A DNA stretch of 64,000 nucleotides from an uncultured Clostridia bacterium. GTDB taxonomy: Bacteria > Bacillota > Clostridia > Oscillospirales > CAG-382. The translations under genes and the position numbers were made by a program. Position 1 is the stretch's first letter. Each line of letters opens with the position of its first letter. The notes below the pieces were generated by a model that ran no database searches, was not told the DNA's origin, and worked only from the letters and a program-made list of their open reading frames with translations. Shown here one piece after another: positions 36,660-47,039 of this stretch. The stretch covers positions 19,549 to 83,548 of the forward strand of contig CANRAV010000007.1 of assembly GCA_947628695.1 (NCBI GenBank). The letters are read 5' to 3'.

Positions 36660-37160
36660 ATGGCAGACGTATTATCAATTGTTTCGCTTGTCTCCTTCAT
36701 CATTGCAGGTATCAGCCTTGCCGTTGCAGTGTTCCTCTGGTTTAGCTTTAAAATCCCAACGGTTATCGGAGATCTGACCGGAAAAACAGCCAAAAAATCC
36801 ATTGCAAAGATGCGCAAAAGCAACGAGGCTTCCGGGAACAAATCTTACCGTCCAAGCGCAGCTAATGTGAATCGCGGCAAGATTACGGATTCCATCCCGG
36901 ATTCGGCAAAGCCGAATTCGCAGGCAGCCGCTTCCACTCCTTTTGATAAAGGTCAAACGGGAATCCTCGATGAAAACAAAGCATCCGGGAACTGTGCAGA
37001 GCCTACCGCAGCGCTTGATGACAGCGCAACCGAGCTTCTTTCGGGCAGTGAAGAAACCGAGCTGCTTCCACAGGAAGCGCAGGCAAAGCGCAGGGCTGCA
37101 ATTAAGAAATTGAGAATGCTTGATGAAGTCATTTATATCCACACCGATGAGGTGATTTAG
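36660..37160 (+). CDS. Single-pass membrane protein with a cytoplasmic T-x-[LI]-L repeat tail
   Basis: It has an N-terminal TM (IVSLVSFIIAGISLAVAVFLWF), then QTGIL, PTAAL, ATELL and ETELL motifs. It starts 3 nt after the kinase stop. Confidence 0.65.
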   Translation: MADVLSIVSLVSFIIAGISLAVAVFLWFSFKIPTVIGDLTGKTAKKSIAKMRKSNEASGNKSYRPSAANVNRGKITDSIPDSAKPNSQAAASTPFDKGQTGILDENKASGNCAEPTAALDDSATELLSGSEETELLPQEAQAKRRAAIKKLRMLDEVIYIHTDEVI

Positions 37161-37245
37161 CACAAGTCATTATAAAACAAGCACATTATACTGCAAATTT
37201 TAGTTGTGCAAACGGTGCGGTAGAATATGAAATGAGGAATTCGCA

Positions 37246-37731
37246 ATGGGATATGGAGCGTATTTATCGATAAAACGGCGAAAGAAAATGAAATTTGCCT
37301 TTATTGGCTCGCTCTCTTTGATGTCGCTGTCAATTGCCTTCATGCCGATAGCCAGCGAGTACCGTGGAGACAGCATGCTGCCCACCATACTAACGGGAAC
37401 GGCATTTTGGGTGGGGTTAATAGGTACGGTATTGATTGCGATATGGATCAATCGACGCCGAAAGAAAAGCACGCGTTTCAATGAATTGTATCCAAACGCG
37501 AAACAGCTTGGCGTTGTCCGTTTTTTTCAGAACAAGCCGGCGACGGTTGTGGACATTGCAATGTTTGCGGCTCTTTTGGGTTTGATAATTACCAAATTGA
37601 CTGTAGATCGGATTATCATCCCATTTGTATTTTTAGCTTTATTTGTTTTTCTGTTTGGTATGCACTGTATGCTAAACGGAGTTTGCTATAAATATCTAAA
37701 CTATAGGACAGGGAGAGGTAAAGAATTATGA
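37246..37731 (+). CDS. Small polytopic membrane protein (about 4 TM)
   Basis: A hydrophobic ORF with a GAGGAA RBS. Its stop overlaps the start of the giant gene (ATGA). Confidence 0.6.
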   Translation: MGYGAYLSIKRRKKMKFAFIGSLSLMSLSIAFMPIASEYRGDSMLPTILTGTAFWVGLIGTVLIAIWINRRRKKSTRFNELYPNAKQLGVVRFFQNKPATVVDIAMFAALLGLIITKLTVDRIIIPFVFLALFVFLFGMHCMLNGVCYKYLNYRTGRGKEL

Positions 37732-40700
37732 GACACGGAAAAAACAATGCTTTAAATAGTGCGTTAGCTGTGTTGCTTTCAGTCATGATGGTGGTTGCAA
37801 TGCTGCCGACAGGCGTATTTACTGCCTTGGCAGCAACAGAAAACCATGAGGGTGTTTTCACATTCACTGTGACCGAGAAAGAGGAAGGCAACCCTGTTGT
37901 GGGCGCAGCAGTTCGTTTGTACAACGAAGAAGGCGAGGATTGGACGCAGGAGACGGGCGAAGACGGCGTTGCCGAATTTTCCGAGTTCACGGGCAAGGGA
38001 CTTGCCGGAACCATATCCGGGAATTTCAGTTATGAGGTTACTGCGGACGGATATGAAAAGGCTTCCGGTACCGTTGACGGAAGCGATGACCAATGGATCG
38101 GGAATATTGCCGTTGAACTGAATGCGCTGACTGTCGAGCAGAAGACGGTTACCGTTGTCGTATCCGGCGGAGAAGCAACAGTTGAGCTTGACGGCGAAGA
38201 AACAAATTCGAAGACAGTCAATGTCGGCGACTCTGTTAAAGTGAAGATTACTCCGGAAGCGGGCTCTTATATTAAGAACCTAACGGTAGGGGGAACAGAG
38301 GAAACCGTTGATCACGGCCAGCCGTTTGAAAAAGATATCAATATCGACGAGGATACCGATATCAATGTAACAATCCAAAAGGAATATACCGTTTCAATCG
38401 TCCGGAACGGAGAGGGCACTGTTACCGTCAGCAAGGCCGACGGTTCCACTGTGTCCGATCAGGCAAAAGTTGATGCCGGGGAAGTGCTTACGATCAATGT
38501 AGCGCCAAAAGATGACAGTTATCAAATTGACTCGGTGAAAATCAATTCCGATGAGATGCTGACTGACGACAACAAGACGTCATACAAAGGCACCGTCACG
38601 GTGAATGACGATGTGAAAATTGAGGTTGTCTTTGTTGCGGTGTTCAGCGTCACCGTGACGGTTGACGGCTCCGGGGATGCAAGCGTCATGCTCGACGGGG
38701 AGGTTATCGGTGGAGCCGGTGGATCTGTAACGGTCAAAACGGGAACGAAAATCGATGTGGAAGCGACGCCGCATGAACACTATCGGGTTATTGACGTTAT
38801 CGTTAACGGCGTTCCCAAAGAAGATGTATCCGGGAAAAATGACTCCGACTACAAAATCGAAGGGCTTGAGGTAAATCAGACTTATGAAATTACGGTTACC
38901 TTTGCCCTGAACGTATACACTGTTACGGCTGATGAAGCGAAGAACGGGACTGTAACGGTTGAAGAGCCTGCTCAGGTCGAATGGGGCAAGGATAAAAAGG
39001 TCTATGTATCTCCGGCAGACGGATATACGATCGATAAGATTACCGTTGATTCCGAACCTGTCGAAGCTGTCTCCGGTGATGACGGAGGATTCTATTTTAT
39101 CGTTGCAAACATTCAGTCCGATAAGAATGTAATAGTCACCTTCAAGGAAAAAGCAAAAGCAACGGACGCCGATTTTACAATAGACGAACGTAATATTTTG
39201 CGTTCGGAAGTGGGGGCCGACTCTGCGCTTTATGTCATAAAGCAAGACACCTCCGTTACCTTCTCCACAGATAAGGCGGGAATCAAACTCATTGATGACA
39301 AGGGGCTTGTAATAGGCGGAAGCGAGAACGAAAAGTCTGTCTCTGTTTCCGAAGCGAAAACTATTGATAAAATACAACTGTATTATAAGGCCGATGAAGA
39401 GCTATATGAGGATTGGCATGATGTGCAAACTGTGAAGAAGGAGGTTTTTGTTGACACAGAGGCTCCTACTGTACAGTTTGATGCTGTTAAACCGGATATG
39501 AACGCCAACGGATACCACCATACGGATATTGAGGTAACCGTAAAGGCCACGGATGCTCCGGAGAAAAAATATTCCGGTATTCAAAAGTTAGAATATTTAA
39601 TTAGCGACGACGGCAAGGATGGCTCTTGGAATACACTGTATGAGTATTCCGAGGACAGTGAAATTGAGAATGTCATTACAAGCACAGTCGACATTGATGC
39701 GACGGAGCATAATTCCCGTGATGTAATACTGAAAATCAAGGCGACAGACCTTGCGGGAAATACCAAAGAACTTCAAAAAGAATTCCACATCAACAGCACC
39801 GTTCCTTTAGTTAAGCTTGAACTGGACGGCGTATCGAACGTGAATGCCGAGACCGGATATTTCACCACAGATCGCGTGCTTACCATTACTATTACAGACC
39901 GCGACGATACTTTTGACAGGAACGCCGTTGCAGACGGGCTTAAAATTACCGCAGACGGAAACGCGGTCGAAGTGAAACCCGAGGATATTGATTGGGGCGG
40001 CAATGATCAAGAGCATACCGGGACGTATGTGTTCTCCAAAGACGCTCACTACAAATGGAGCTTTTCCTACACAAATAAAGCAGGTGTGGAAAATAAAGAT
40101 ATTACATGCGCGAATCCCGAAGATGCAAGCTTTTACGATTTTACAATCGACCATGAAGGCCCCCGGGAATTGAGTATTGAATACAGCCCAAGTATCACTG
40201 ATGTTTCGTTCGGTGACCTGAGCTATGGGTTCTACAATTCCGATGTGACAGTAACAATAAAAGCAATCGATAAAACTGCGGGAATTAAAGAGTTTGAATA
40301 CTTTTGCAAGGAACAGGGAAGCGGCGAGACAATTTTTCACAAAACCGTCAATGCCAATGATCCGAATTTCAAGGTAAACGGTGATGAAACAAGCTATACA
40401 TTCACTATTCCTGCTGAATTCCGCGGTTCGGTAAGCTTCTCTGCGACCGATAAGGCAGGGCAGACAAATTCCTATGACGATCCCAAAATCATTGTTGTTG
40501 ATAACGTTGCGCCAAAAGTAACTGTTAGCTATGATAACAATGAAGTCGAAAACGAAAAATACTACAAAGGCAAGAGAACTGCTACAATTGAAATTGATGA
40601 AGCGAATTTCTTCGGCACCGATGAATACGGACAGGCCGATTTCAATGATTTGATTTCAGGCAAGGAGAATACTTACCTTGAAATAACCGACGGCTTCCAT

Positions 40701-43700
40701 ACATATAAGCTGTGCCCGGAATTTAAGGAAACGTCCGACGGGAAGTATGTAGCCACAGTTAGCTTCGACGAAGACGCCGATTACACATTGACCGTCAAGT
40801 ACACGGATAGATCGGGCAATGAAGCGGTTATCGGCGAATATCAGGAGGAATTCACGGTTGATACGACCGCCCCGACTATCGAAGTATCTTTTGATAATAA
40901 CAAAGCAGCAAATGAAAAATATTTTGCTGCGGATCGGAAAGCAACAATTAAGGTAACAGAGCACAATTTTGACCCCGCTGCTTTTACCGCCGGTATCGTG
41001 TGCCCCGACTCTCCGACGACCGATTTTGATGCTTATCTGCAAAATACTTCAAGCTGGCATAGCGACGGCGATGTCTACACGGCGGTAATTACGTTTAAAG
41101 ACGACGGGCACTACACCTTCAATCCTTCCTGCCGCGACAAGGCCGGTAACGATAACACCGCGGTTGATTACGGAGAATCTGTTTCGACTGAGGAGTTTGT
41201 ATTGGATAAGGCTGCCCCGGATCAGGAAAGCCTTAAGATTTCCTATTCCGAATCGGTTTTGGATACCGTTTTGGAGACAATCTCCTTTGGATTCTATAAA
41301 GCCCCGGTAACCGTTACAATCGAAGCAGCGGATCAAACCTCCGGAATTGATTACTTTACTTATACCTATGCAGTAAGCGATGGCGTGAGCGCAAAGAATC
41401 AGGGAAAAGAGAGCGTGGTTATCGCACATTCCGAAATAATTACTTCCGGGAATTCCGCCAGTGCAACCTTCCAAATCCCCGCACAGTTCCGCGGCACTGT
41501 TTCTTTTGCCGCAACCGACATGGCAGGGAACAGCGGAGATAAGGCTGACAGTAAGGTCGTTGTCGTTGACGATATCGCACCCGGCATTACGGTGTCTTTT
41601 GACAACAACGATGTAAGAAACGGGAAATATTACGCCAAGGATAGGACCGCAACAATCACTATCGATGAAGCGAACTTCTTTGGCGATGCCGACAGAGAGT
41701 ACCTTGCAATCTCCGTGACCAAACGGCTTTTGAGCGGCTCGAAGTCGGAGACAACGACAAAGCTGTATCCCGAGTTTACCAAAAAAGGCGATACATACAC
41801 AGCTGAAATCGAGTTTAATGAGAATGCCGAGTATAAGCTTGAAATCGAGTATACAGACCGTTCCGGCAACGTCGGGACCGTTGCAGAGTATCAGAAGGAA
41901 TTCGTTATCAATAAGGAGTCTCCGAAGCTTTCGATCTCCTATGATAACATGTCTGTACAGAACGAAACCTATTACAGGGCGGACCGTGTTGCAACGGTTC
42001 AAATTGTAGAAAGCACATTCCGCGCAAGCGAAGTTGAGTTCACTATTTCCGCGACGGATGTGACGGGCAAGGCTGTCGATTTAAGCAGTAAGGCGTATGA
42101 GACCTATTTGAAGGATCAGAGCAGCTGGACAATGTCCGGGGATAATGTATGGACGGCTCAGATCACGCTGGATATCGAAGGCAGCTACGAGCTGAACCTC
42201 AAATATGAAAACCTCGCCGGAACGCCTCAGGAAAAGGAGGTAACCGATTCCTTCTGCATTGATAAGAGCAAGCCGGACAACCTTAAAATCTCCTACAAGC
42301 CGGATTTTGTCGGCGTACTGTTGGAGACCCTGACCTTCGGGTTCTACAAGGCGCCTGTGGAAGTAACACTTGAGGCCACAGACGGTTATGCCGGGGTGGA
42401 TTACTTTGTGTACTCCTATAAGGTTCAGGAGAACGCAAGCAAAAAGAATGCAGGGAAGACAGCTGTCAAGACGGTTGAAGGTCAGTTGTCCCGCAAAGGC
42501 AGCAAAGCTTCTGTGACATTTGATATTCCGTCGCAGTTCCGTGGATTTGTTTCCTTTGATGTGTTTGATAAATCGGGAAATAAAAACAGCTTAGCCGATG
42601 CAAATGCAGTTGTTGTCGACGATCTCCCGCCTCAAATTACCGTGACATACGACAACAACGATGCGTCCTACGAGAAATATTACAACAAAGACAGGGTCGC
42701 AACTATCACAGCCGAAGAGGCCAACTTCTTCTATGAGGATTTGACGAAGGACAACCTTTTGGTGATTACCGTCGATAAGACTACGGATGCAGGCGTGCAT
42801 ACCGCGGAAAAGGTAATGCCTGCATTTACCAAGAACGGCGATGTGTACACAGGCACCGTCGAGTTTAGGGAGAATGCCGATTACAAATTTACAATTGAAT
42901 ACACCGATCGTTCCGGCAACGCTGCGGTAATCAAGGAATACCAGACCGAATTTACCGTTGATAAAACAGCGCCGACGGTCAAAGTTACCTACGACAACAA
43001 CAGCAGCAAAAACGGCGATCAGTTTAAGGAAGACCGCACGGCAACCATTGTAATTACGGAACACAACTTCAAGCCTTCCGATATTGTCGCAAAAGTAACC
43101 GCTAACGGAACGGAAGTTACGGATTATGCTTCCTATCTGAAAAACGCCGACAGCTGGACGACCGATGGGGATGTCCACACGGCCAAGATTGAGTATACAG
43201 ACGAAGCGCACTATGAATTCAGCATTGGCTATTCCGACATGGCCGGTATAAAAAATGCGCCTGTTGACTATGCCGATTCGGCTGCACCGGAAAAATTCAC
43301 TCTTGACAAGAGCGCTCCGACACAATTGGAAATCACGATCGACGGCAAGTCTGTATTGGAAAGCAAAGGCATCGCGTTTGATACGTTCTACGACAAAGCG
43401 GTGACTGTGAAATTTGCCGCAAACTGTGATATCAGCGGATTGGAGTCCTTGAAGTACCAGAAGGTTCCTTCCGTATCCGAATACGATGTGAACGGTCAGT
43501 GGATTGATTATAACACCGAAACAGGTGTTGTTGTCACACCAAGCGAAAAGTTCATCATCTATTTCAGGGCGGAAGACAGAGCGGGAAACTTCACAATTGT
43601 CAACTCGACCGGTATCGTCGTCGACGATAAGATGCCGGAGGGTACCGGTGAAAAGAATGCGCCTGAGATTGACATTTTCCCGGCTGAACCGAATGCTAAC

Positions 43701-45968
43701 GGCTTCCATAACGGGAATGTTAAGGTGGATTTGCATGTCATCGATCCGAAGTACACCGGGCAGAGCGCAAGCGCAGCAGGGCATTATTCCGGACTTAATG
43801 AAATCACCTACCGTATTTACACGACGGATATGGGCGCGGATGTTCAGGAAACAGGCACTTTGCTTGAGCTTGGAGCTCAAACGAATGGCGCCGTGTTTGA
43901 CGGCGACCGCTTGGTCAGCTCGTGGTCCGGAAGCATTACGATTGACGCGGCTGTGTTTAACAGCAATAACACGATCGTTGAAATTACGGCCACCGACAAC
44001 GCCGGCAATACAAGGGTTACCGCGACCAAGGCCGGAGACATTCAAATCGATGTGACCGCTCCGGAAATCAATGTTAGCTACAACAATAACACAGCCGACA
44101 GCAATTTTTTCTTTAATGAAGACAGAACGGCTACAGTTGTTGTGACGGAGCGCAACTTTGCCCCGGAGGATGTCAAGGTGACAATCACTAACACTGACGG
44201 CGTGATCCCTTCACTGTCCGAGTGGAGGCAAATCTCTGCCGGAACCGGGAACGGAGACGGCACCGCTTGGGAAGCAACCGTCACATACAGCGCAGACGGT
44301 GATTACACGTTTGACATTACCTATACAGACCTCGCCGACAATCTTATGAGCGGGGTAGGCTACGGGGAAAGTGTTGTGCCGACCGAGTTTACGATCGATA
44401 AAACACTGCCGACAATCTCGGTAAGCTACAGCAACAATGATGCGGCGAACGAAAAATACTTCAAAGCACCCCGAACGGCTACGGTTACAATCAACGAACA
44501 TAACTTTGATGTGAACCGCGTGACGTTTACAAGAACAGCAGCTCTGGACGGAGCGGCGATTGATCTGCCAAATGAATCCTGGGAGCATAACGGCGATGTG
44601 CATACGGCAACCATCCCGTACACGGCTGACGGCGATTACACATTTGATGTTACAATGACGGATCTCGCAGGCAACCGGAGCGAGGCTGCAAACTACGGGG
44701 ACTCTGTTGCGGCGAATGACTTTACGGTTGATCAAACCCGTGACAACGGCGGTGCATCCGTTATAGGCGGCGTTGAGGACGGACAAGCTTATTCCGGCAA
44801 TGTGGTTCCGTCGATCAACTTCACGGATGTCAACTACAGCAATTATGAAATTCACCTTTATCGTACCAGAAAAGATCAGATTCATGTCGATGTTACTGAT
44901 GAGAAGAATATTCGCTCCCTGATTACAGAGAGCGAGCAGAACATCAGCGGTGAACTTAATATCTTCGCCAAGAACACAAGTGGAAAATATAGTGTCGAGG
45001 ACGACGGTATCTACACGCTGGAGATCACTGCCTACGATATGGCCGGCAACGAACATCCCGAGACTGTAACCTTCACTGTAAACCGTTTCGGCTCCGTGTA
45101 TGTGTATGACGCCTATCTGATTTCCTTGATTCAGGAAGGCGGCGCTTATGTGCAGGGACTTACCGGTGATCTGATTATTACAGAGTATAACGCCACCAGA
45201 CTTGTCAATGACTCCCTGAACATTGAAATTACGCTTGACGGCCGTCCCATTGAGGCCAAGTATGTCGCTGACCCTGTTCCGAACGCAAATGTCGATGTTG
45301 GGCAAAGCGGATGGTTCCAGTATCAGTATACCGTAAGCAAAGATAACTTCAAAGCCGACGGTATGTACCGCATAACCCTCTCCTCCGAAGATGAGGCAGC
45401 CAATACGCCTGAAAGCAATCCGAACAACTCAACGGACAAAGACGGAAATGCAATAGTCGATACGATGCAGTTCCGCGTTGACAGTACAGCTCCGGAAATA
45501 ACAAGCATCGTCGGTCTGGAGAACAGGATCATCAATGGGCAAAAAGTAGACGTTCGATATTCTGTATATGATGCGATTGGCTTGAAGTCCATCACAGTGT
45601 ATTTGAACGGCAAGGCTCAAGATCCGATTACCGAGTTCGACGATATAAACAACTACTCCGGCACATTTACGGTAAGCGAAAGCTCCGACGCACAAAAGGT
45701 TCGCATACTCGTCGAGGATAAGGCCGGAAACACCATTGACACCGATGATTTCGGCAAGGAAGACGCTGACGGAAACGTTATCGTGCCGATGCCTGCTTAC
45801 TCCTTTAACAGCACCGTAACGGTATCTACGAACTTCTTCGTTCGTTGGTATGCGAATAAGCCTCTGTTCTGGGGTTCAATCGGCGGTACTGTCGGCATGG
45901 CAGCAGTCATTTGGATTCTCATCGTTCTGATTAAAAAGAAAAAGAAGAAGAGCAGTGAGAAAAAATAA
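37728..45968 (+). CDS. Giant (2,746 aa) Ig-like-repeat surface protein with a signal peptide and a C-terminal TM anchor
   Basis: - An N-terminal signal peptide is present.
- Four ~85-aa B-repeat-like units follow.
- At least 10 repeats then carry the signature D(K/T)xAPxhxVxYDNN...KYY...DR(T/V)ATIxIxExNF.
- The C-terminus has a hydrophobic helix and a KKKKKKSSEKK tail, with no LPxTG. Confidence 0.85.
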   Translation: MRHGKNNALNSALAVLLSVMMVVAMLPTGVFTALAATENHEGVFTFTVTEKEEGNPVVGAAVRLYNEEGEDWTQETGEDGVAEFSEFTGKGLAGTISGNFSYEVTADGYEKASGTVDGSDDQWIGNIAVELNALTVEQKTVTVVVSGGEATVELDGEETNSKTVNVGDSVKVKITPEAGSYIKNLTVGGTEETVDHGQPFEKDINIDEDTDINVTIQKEYTVSIVRNGEGTVTVSKADGSTVSDQAKVDAGEVLTINVAPKDDSYQIDSVKINSDEMLTDDNKTSYKGTVTVNDDVKIEVVFVAVFSVTVTVDGSGDASVMLDGEVIGGAGGSVTVKTGTKIDVEATPHEHYRVIDVIVNGVPKEDVSGKNDSDYKIEGLEVNQTYEITVTFALNVYTVTADEAKNGTVTVEEPAQVEWGKDKKVYVSPADGYTIDKITVDSEPVEAVSGDDGGFYFIVANIQSDKNVIVTFKEKAKATDADFTIDERNILRSEVGADSALYVIKQDTSVTFSTDKAGIKLIDDKGLVIGGSENEKSVSVSEAKTIDKIQLYYKADEELYEDWHDVQTVKKEVFVDTEAPTVQFDAVKPDMNANGYHHTDIEVTVKATDAPEKKYSGIQKLEYLISDDGKDGSWNTLYEYSEDSEIENVITSTVDIDATEHNSRDVILKIKATDLAGNTKELQKEFHINSTVPLVKLELDGVSNVNAETGYFTTDRVLTITITDRDDTFDRNAVADGLKITADGNAVEVKPEDIDWGGNDQEHTGTYVFSKDAHYKWSFSYTNKAGVENKDITCANPEDASFYDFTIDHEGPRELSIEYSPSITDVSFGDLSYGFYNSDVTVTIKAIDKTAGIKEFEYFCKEQGSGETIFHKTVNANDPNFKVNGDETSYTFTIPAEFRGSVSFSATDKAGQTNSYDDPKIIVVDNVAPKVTVSYDNNEVENEKYYKGKRTATIEIDEANFFGTDEYGQADFNDLISGKENTYLEITDGFHTYKLCPEFKETSDGKYVATVSFDEDADYTLTVKYTDRSGNEAVIGEYQEEFTVDTTAPTIEVSFDNNKAANEKYFAADRKATIKVTEHNFDPAAFTAGIVCPDSPTTDFDAYLQNTSSWHSDGDVYTAVITFKDDGHYTFNPSCRDKAGNDNTAVDYGESVSTEEFVLDKAAPDQESLKISYSESVLDTVLETISFGFYKAPVTVTIEAADQTSGIDYFTYTYAVSDGVSAKNQGKESVVIAHSEIITSGNSASATFQIPAQFRGTVSFAATDMAGNSGDKADSKVVVVDDIAPGITVSFDNNDVRNGKYYAKDRTATITIDEANFFGDADREYLAISVTKRLLSGSKSETTTKLYPEFTKKGDTYTAEIEFNENAEYKLEIEYTDRSGNVGTVAEYQKEFVINKESPKLSISYDNMSVQNETYYRADRVATVQIVESTFRASEVEFTISATDVTGKAVDLSSKAYETYLKDQSSWTMSGDNVWTAQITLDIEGSYELNLKYENLAGTPQEKEVTDSFCIDKSKPDNLKISYKPDFVGVLLETLTFGFYKAPVEVTLEATDGYAGVDYFVYSYKVQENASKKNAGKTAVKTVEGQLSRKGSKASVTFDIPSQFRGFVSFDVFDKSGNKNSLADANAVVVDDLPPQITVTYDNNDASYEKYYNKDRVATITAEEANFFYEDLTKDNLLVITVDKTTDAGVHTAEKVMPAFTKNGDVYTGTVEFRENADYKFTIEYTDRSGNAAVIKEYQTEFTVDKTAPTVKVTYDNNSSKNGDQFKEDRTATIVITEHNFKPSDIVAKVTANGTEVTDYASYLKNADSWTTDGDVHTAKIEYTDEAHYEFSIGYSDMAGIKNAPVDYADSAAPEKFTLDKSAPTQLEITIDGKSVLESKGIAFDTFYDKAVTVKFAANCDISGLESLKYQKVPSVSEYDVNGQWIDYNTETGVVVTPSEKFIIYFRAEDRAGNFTIVNSTGIVVDDKMPEGTGEKNAPEIDIFPAEPNANGFHNGNVKVDLHVIDPKYTGQSASAAGHYSGLNEITYRIYTTDMGADVQETGTLLELGAQTNGAVFDGDRLVSSWSGSITIDAAVFNSNNTIVEITATDNAGNTRVTATKAGDIQIDVTAPEINVSYNNNTADSNFFFNEDRTATVVVTERNFAPEDVKVTITNTDGVIPSLSEWRQISAGTGNGDGTAWEATVTYSADGDYTFDITYTDLADNLMSGVGYGESVVPTEFTIDKTLPTISVSYSNNDAANEKYFKAPRTATVTINEHNFDVNRVTFTRTAALDGAAIDLPNESWEHNGDVHTATIPYTADGDYTFDVTMTDLAGNRSEAANYGDSVAANDFTVDQTRDNGGASVIGGVEDGQAYSGNVVPSINFTDVNYSNYEIHLYRTRKDQIHVDVTDEKNIRSLITESEQNISGELNIFAKNTSGKYSVEDDGIYTLEITAYDMAGNEHPETVTFTVNRFGSVYVYDAYLISLIQEGGAYVQGLTGDLIITEYNATRLVNDSLNIEITLDGRPIEAKYVADPVPNANVDVGQSGWFQYQYTVSKDNFKADGMYRITLSSEDEAANTPESNPNNSTDKDGNAIVDTMQFRVDSTAPEITSIVGLENRIINGQKVDVRYSVYDAIGLKSITVYLNGKAQDPITEFDDINNYSGTFTVSESSDAQKVRILVEDKAGNTIDTDDFGKEDADGNVIVPMPAYSFNSTVTVSTNFFVRWYANKPLFWGSIGGTVGMAAVIWILIVLIKKKKKKSSEKK

Positions 45969-45990
45969 TATTACATAACTCTTCGGATAT

Positions 45991-46017
45991 TCCCGTGCAG
46001 GCTTGTCCTGCACGGGA
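45991..46017 (+). terminator. Stem-loop after the giant gene (possible attenuator/terminator)
   Basis: TCCCGTGCAGG-CTTGT-CCTGCACGGGA, a perfect 11-bp stem with no T-run. Confidence 0.4.
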
Positions 46018-46112
46018 GCCCGAAAGTCTATTCATCAGAATCCGGATTATGCATTCGTGCTTAGTTCGGCTTGTAATGAATAGCGCCGGCAAATTGATAG
46101 GAAGTGATAAAA

Positions 46113-47024
46113 ATGAACACTTTAATTGAAAAGGAAGTCGTAAGCGAAATGACCTGCGGTTCTAATTTTGCCTATGTGCTGACCGATAACGCTTCCTTCC
46201 TTACGACGGAATACAAGGTCTTACAGAGCAAAACAAGCAATTGCTTTGTGCGCTGTATGAAGATGCTTTATAACGGAAAAATTCAGCTTTATTACCTGAC
46301 GGGAACGTATAAGCCGTTATCTTCTCTATTTTCAACCTTGGATGCGGAAAGGTTTATCACTATTACCGCCAATCTCCTATCTGATATTATCGAGGTAAAG
46401 AGCAACGGGTTTCTGTCCTGCCAAAATATAGATATTTCGTTTGAGCACATTTTCGTTGACCCGGCGACATATAAGGTGAGCCTGATTTATTTGCCGTTGA
46501 GCCGGCACATGTTTGACGATACTGCGTATTTCGATAACGAGCTGCGTACAAGCCTAATTAAGTTGATTTCCGGGCTGAGCAACTTATCCTCGCCTAAAAC
46601 GATCCGGCTATCATCCGATTTGTCAAACGGTGCATTGTCGCTGGAAGATTTGTATAACAGGTTGAAGGGCAACCGTCCTGACCCCCGACTTAATGTCGAA
46701 TCCCGCCCTGCGAGTTCTCCTGCTTCAAATGTTCGGATTGTTTCTCTTAACGCTCCTGCACGTGTGGAGATCAACATCACAAAGGACGAGTTTATACTTG
46801 GGAAAAAGGCCGATAAGGTGGACGGCGTGCTTTCCTTTAATGACAAAATCAGCCGCGTGCATTGCAAAATCAACCGAAACGGCGACCGGTTCACTATAAC
46901 GGATCTACATAGTGCCAACGGAACCTATGTAAATCATGTTCGCCTTCAGCCTGATGTGGCACAGCCCATAAAAAACGGTGATTTAATCCGTTTGGCCAAT
47001 AGTGATTTTCAGATTGTTATGTGA
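46113..47024 (+). CDS. Second FHA-domain protein, a paralogue-like partner of 32354-33472
   Basis: The C-terminal FHA is FILGKK...ISRVHCKI...DLHSANGTYVN. The N-terminal domain shares the pattern NI(D/Y)h...(L/V)x(F/L)IY(L/V)P with the first FHA protein. Confidence 0.8.
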   Translation: MNTLIEKEVVSEMTCGSNFAYVLTDNASFLTTEYKVLQSKTSNCFVRCMKMLYNGKIQLYYLTGTYKPLSSLFSTLDAERFITITANLLSDIIEVKSNGFLSCQNIDISFEHIFVDPATYKVSLIYLPLSRHMFDDTAYFDNELRTSLIKLISGLSNLSSPKTIRLSSDLSNGALSLEDLYNRLKGNRPDPRLNVESRPASSPASNVRIVSLNAPARVEINITKDEFILGKKADKVDGVLSFNDKISRVHCKINRNGDRFTITDLHSANGTYVNHVRLQPDVAQPIKNGDLIRLANSDFQIVM

Positions 47025-47039
47025 TAGGAGGGGCGATAA

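Noticed and set aside
37728-45968. The giant protein as a direct EsaA/YueB homologue.
   Set aside because: EsaA has an N-terminal TM and a C-terminal multi-TM bundle flanking one large helical ectodomain. This protein has a cleavable signal peptide, Ig-like repeats and a single C-terminal TM. Only a loose functional analogy is possible.
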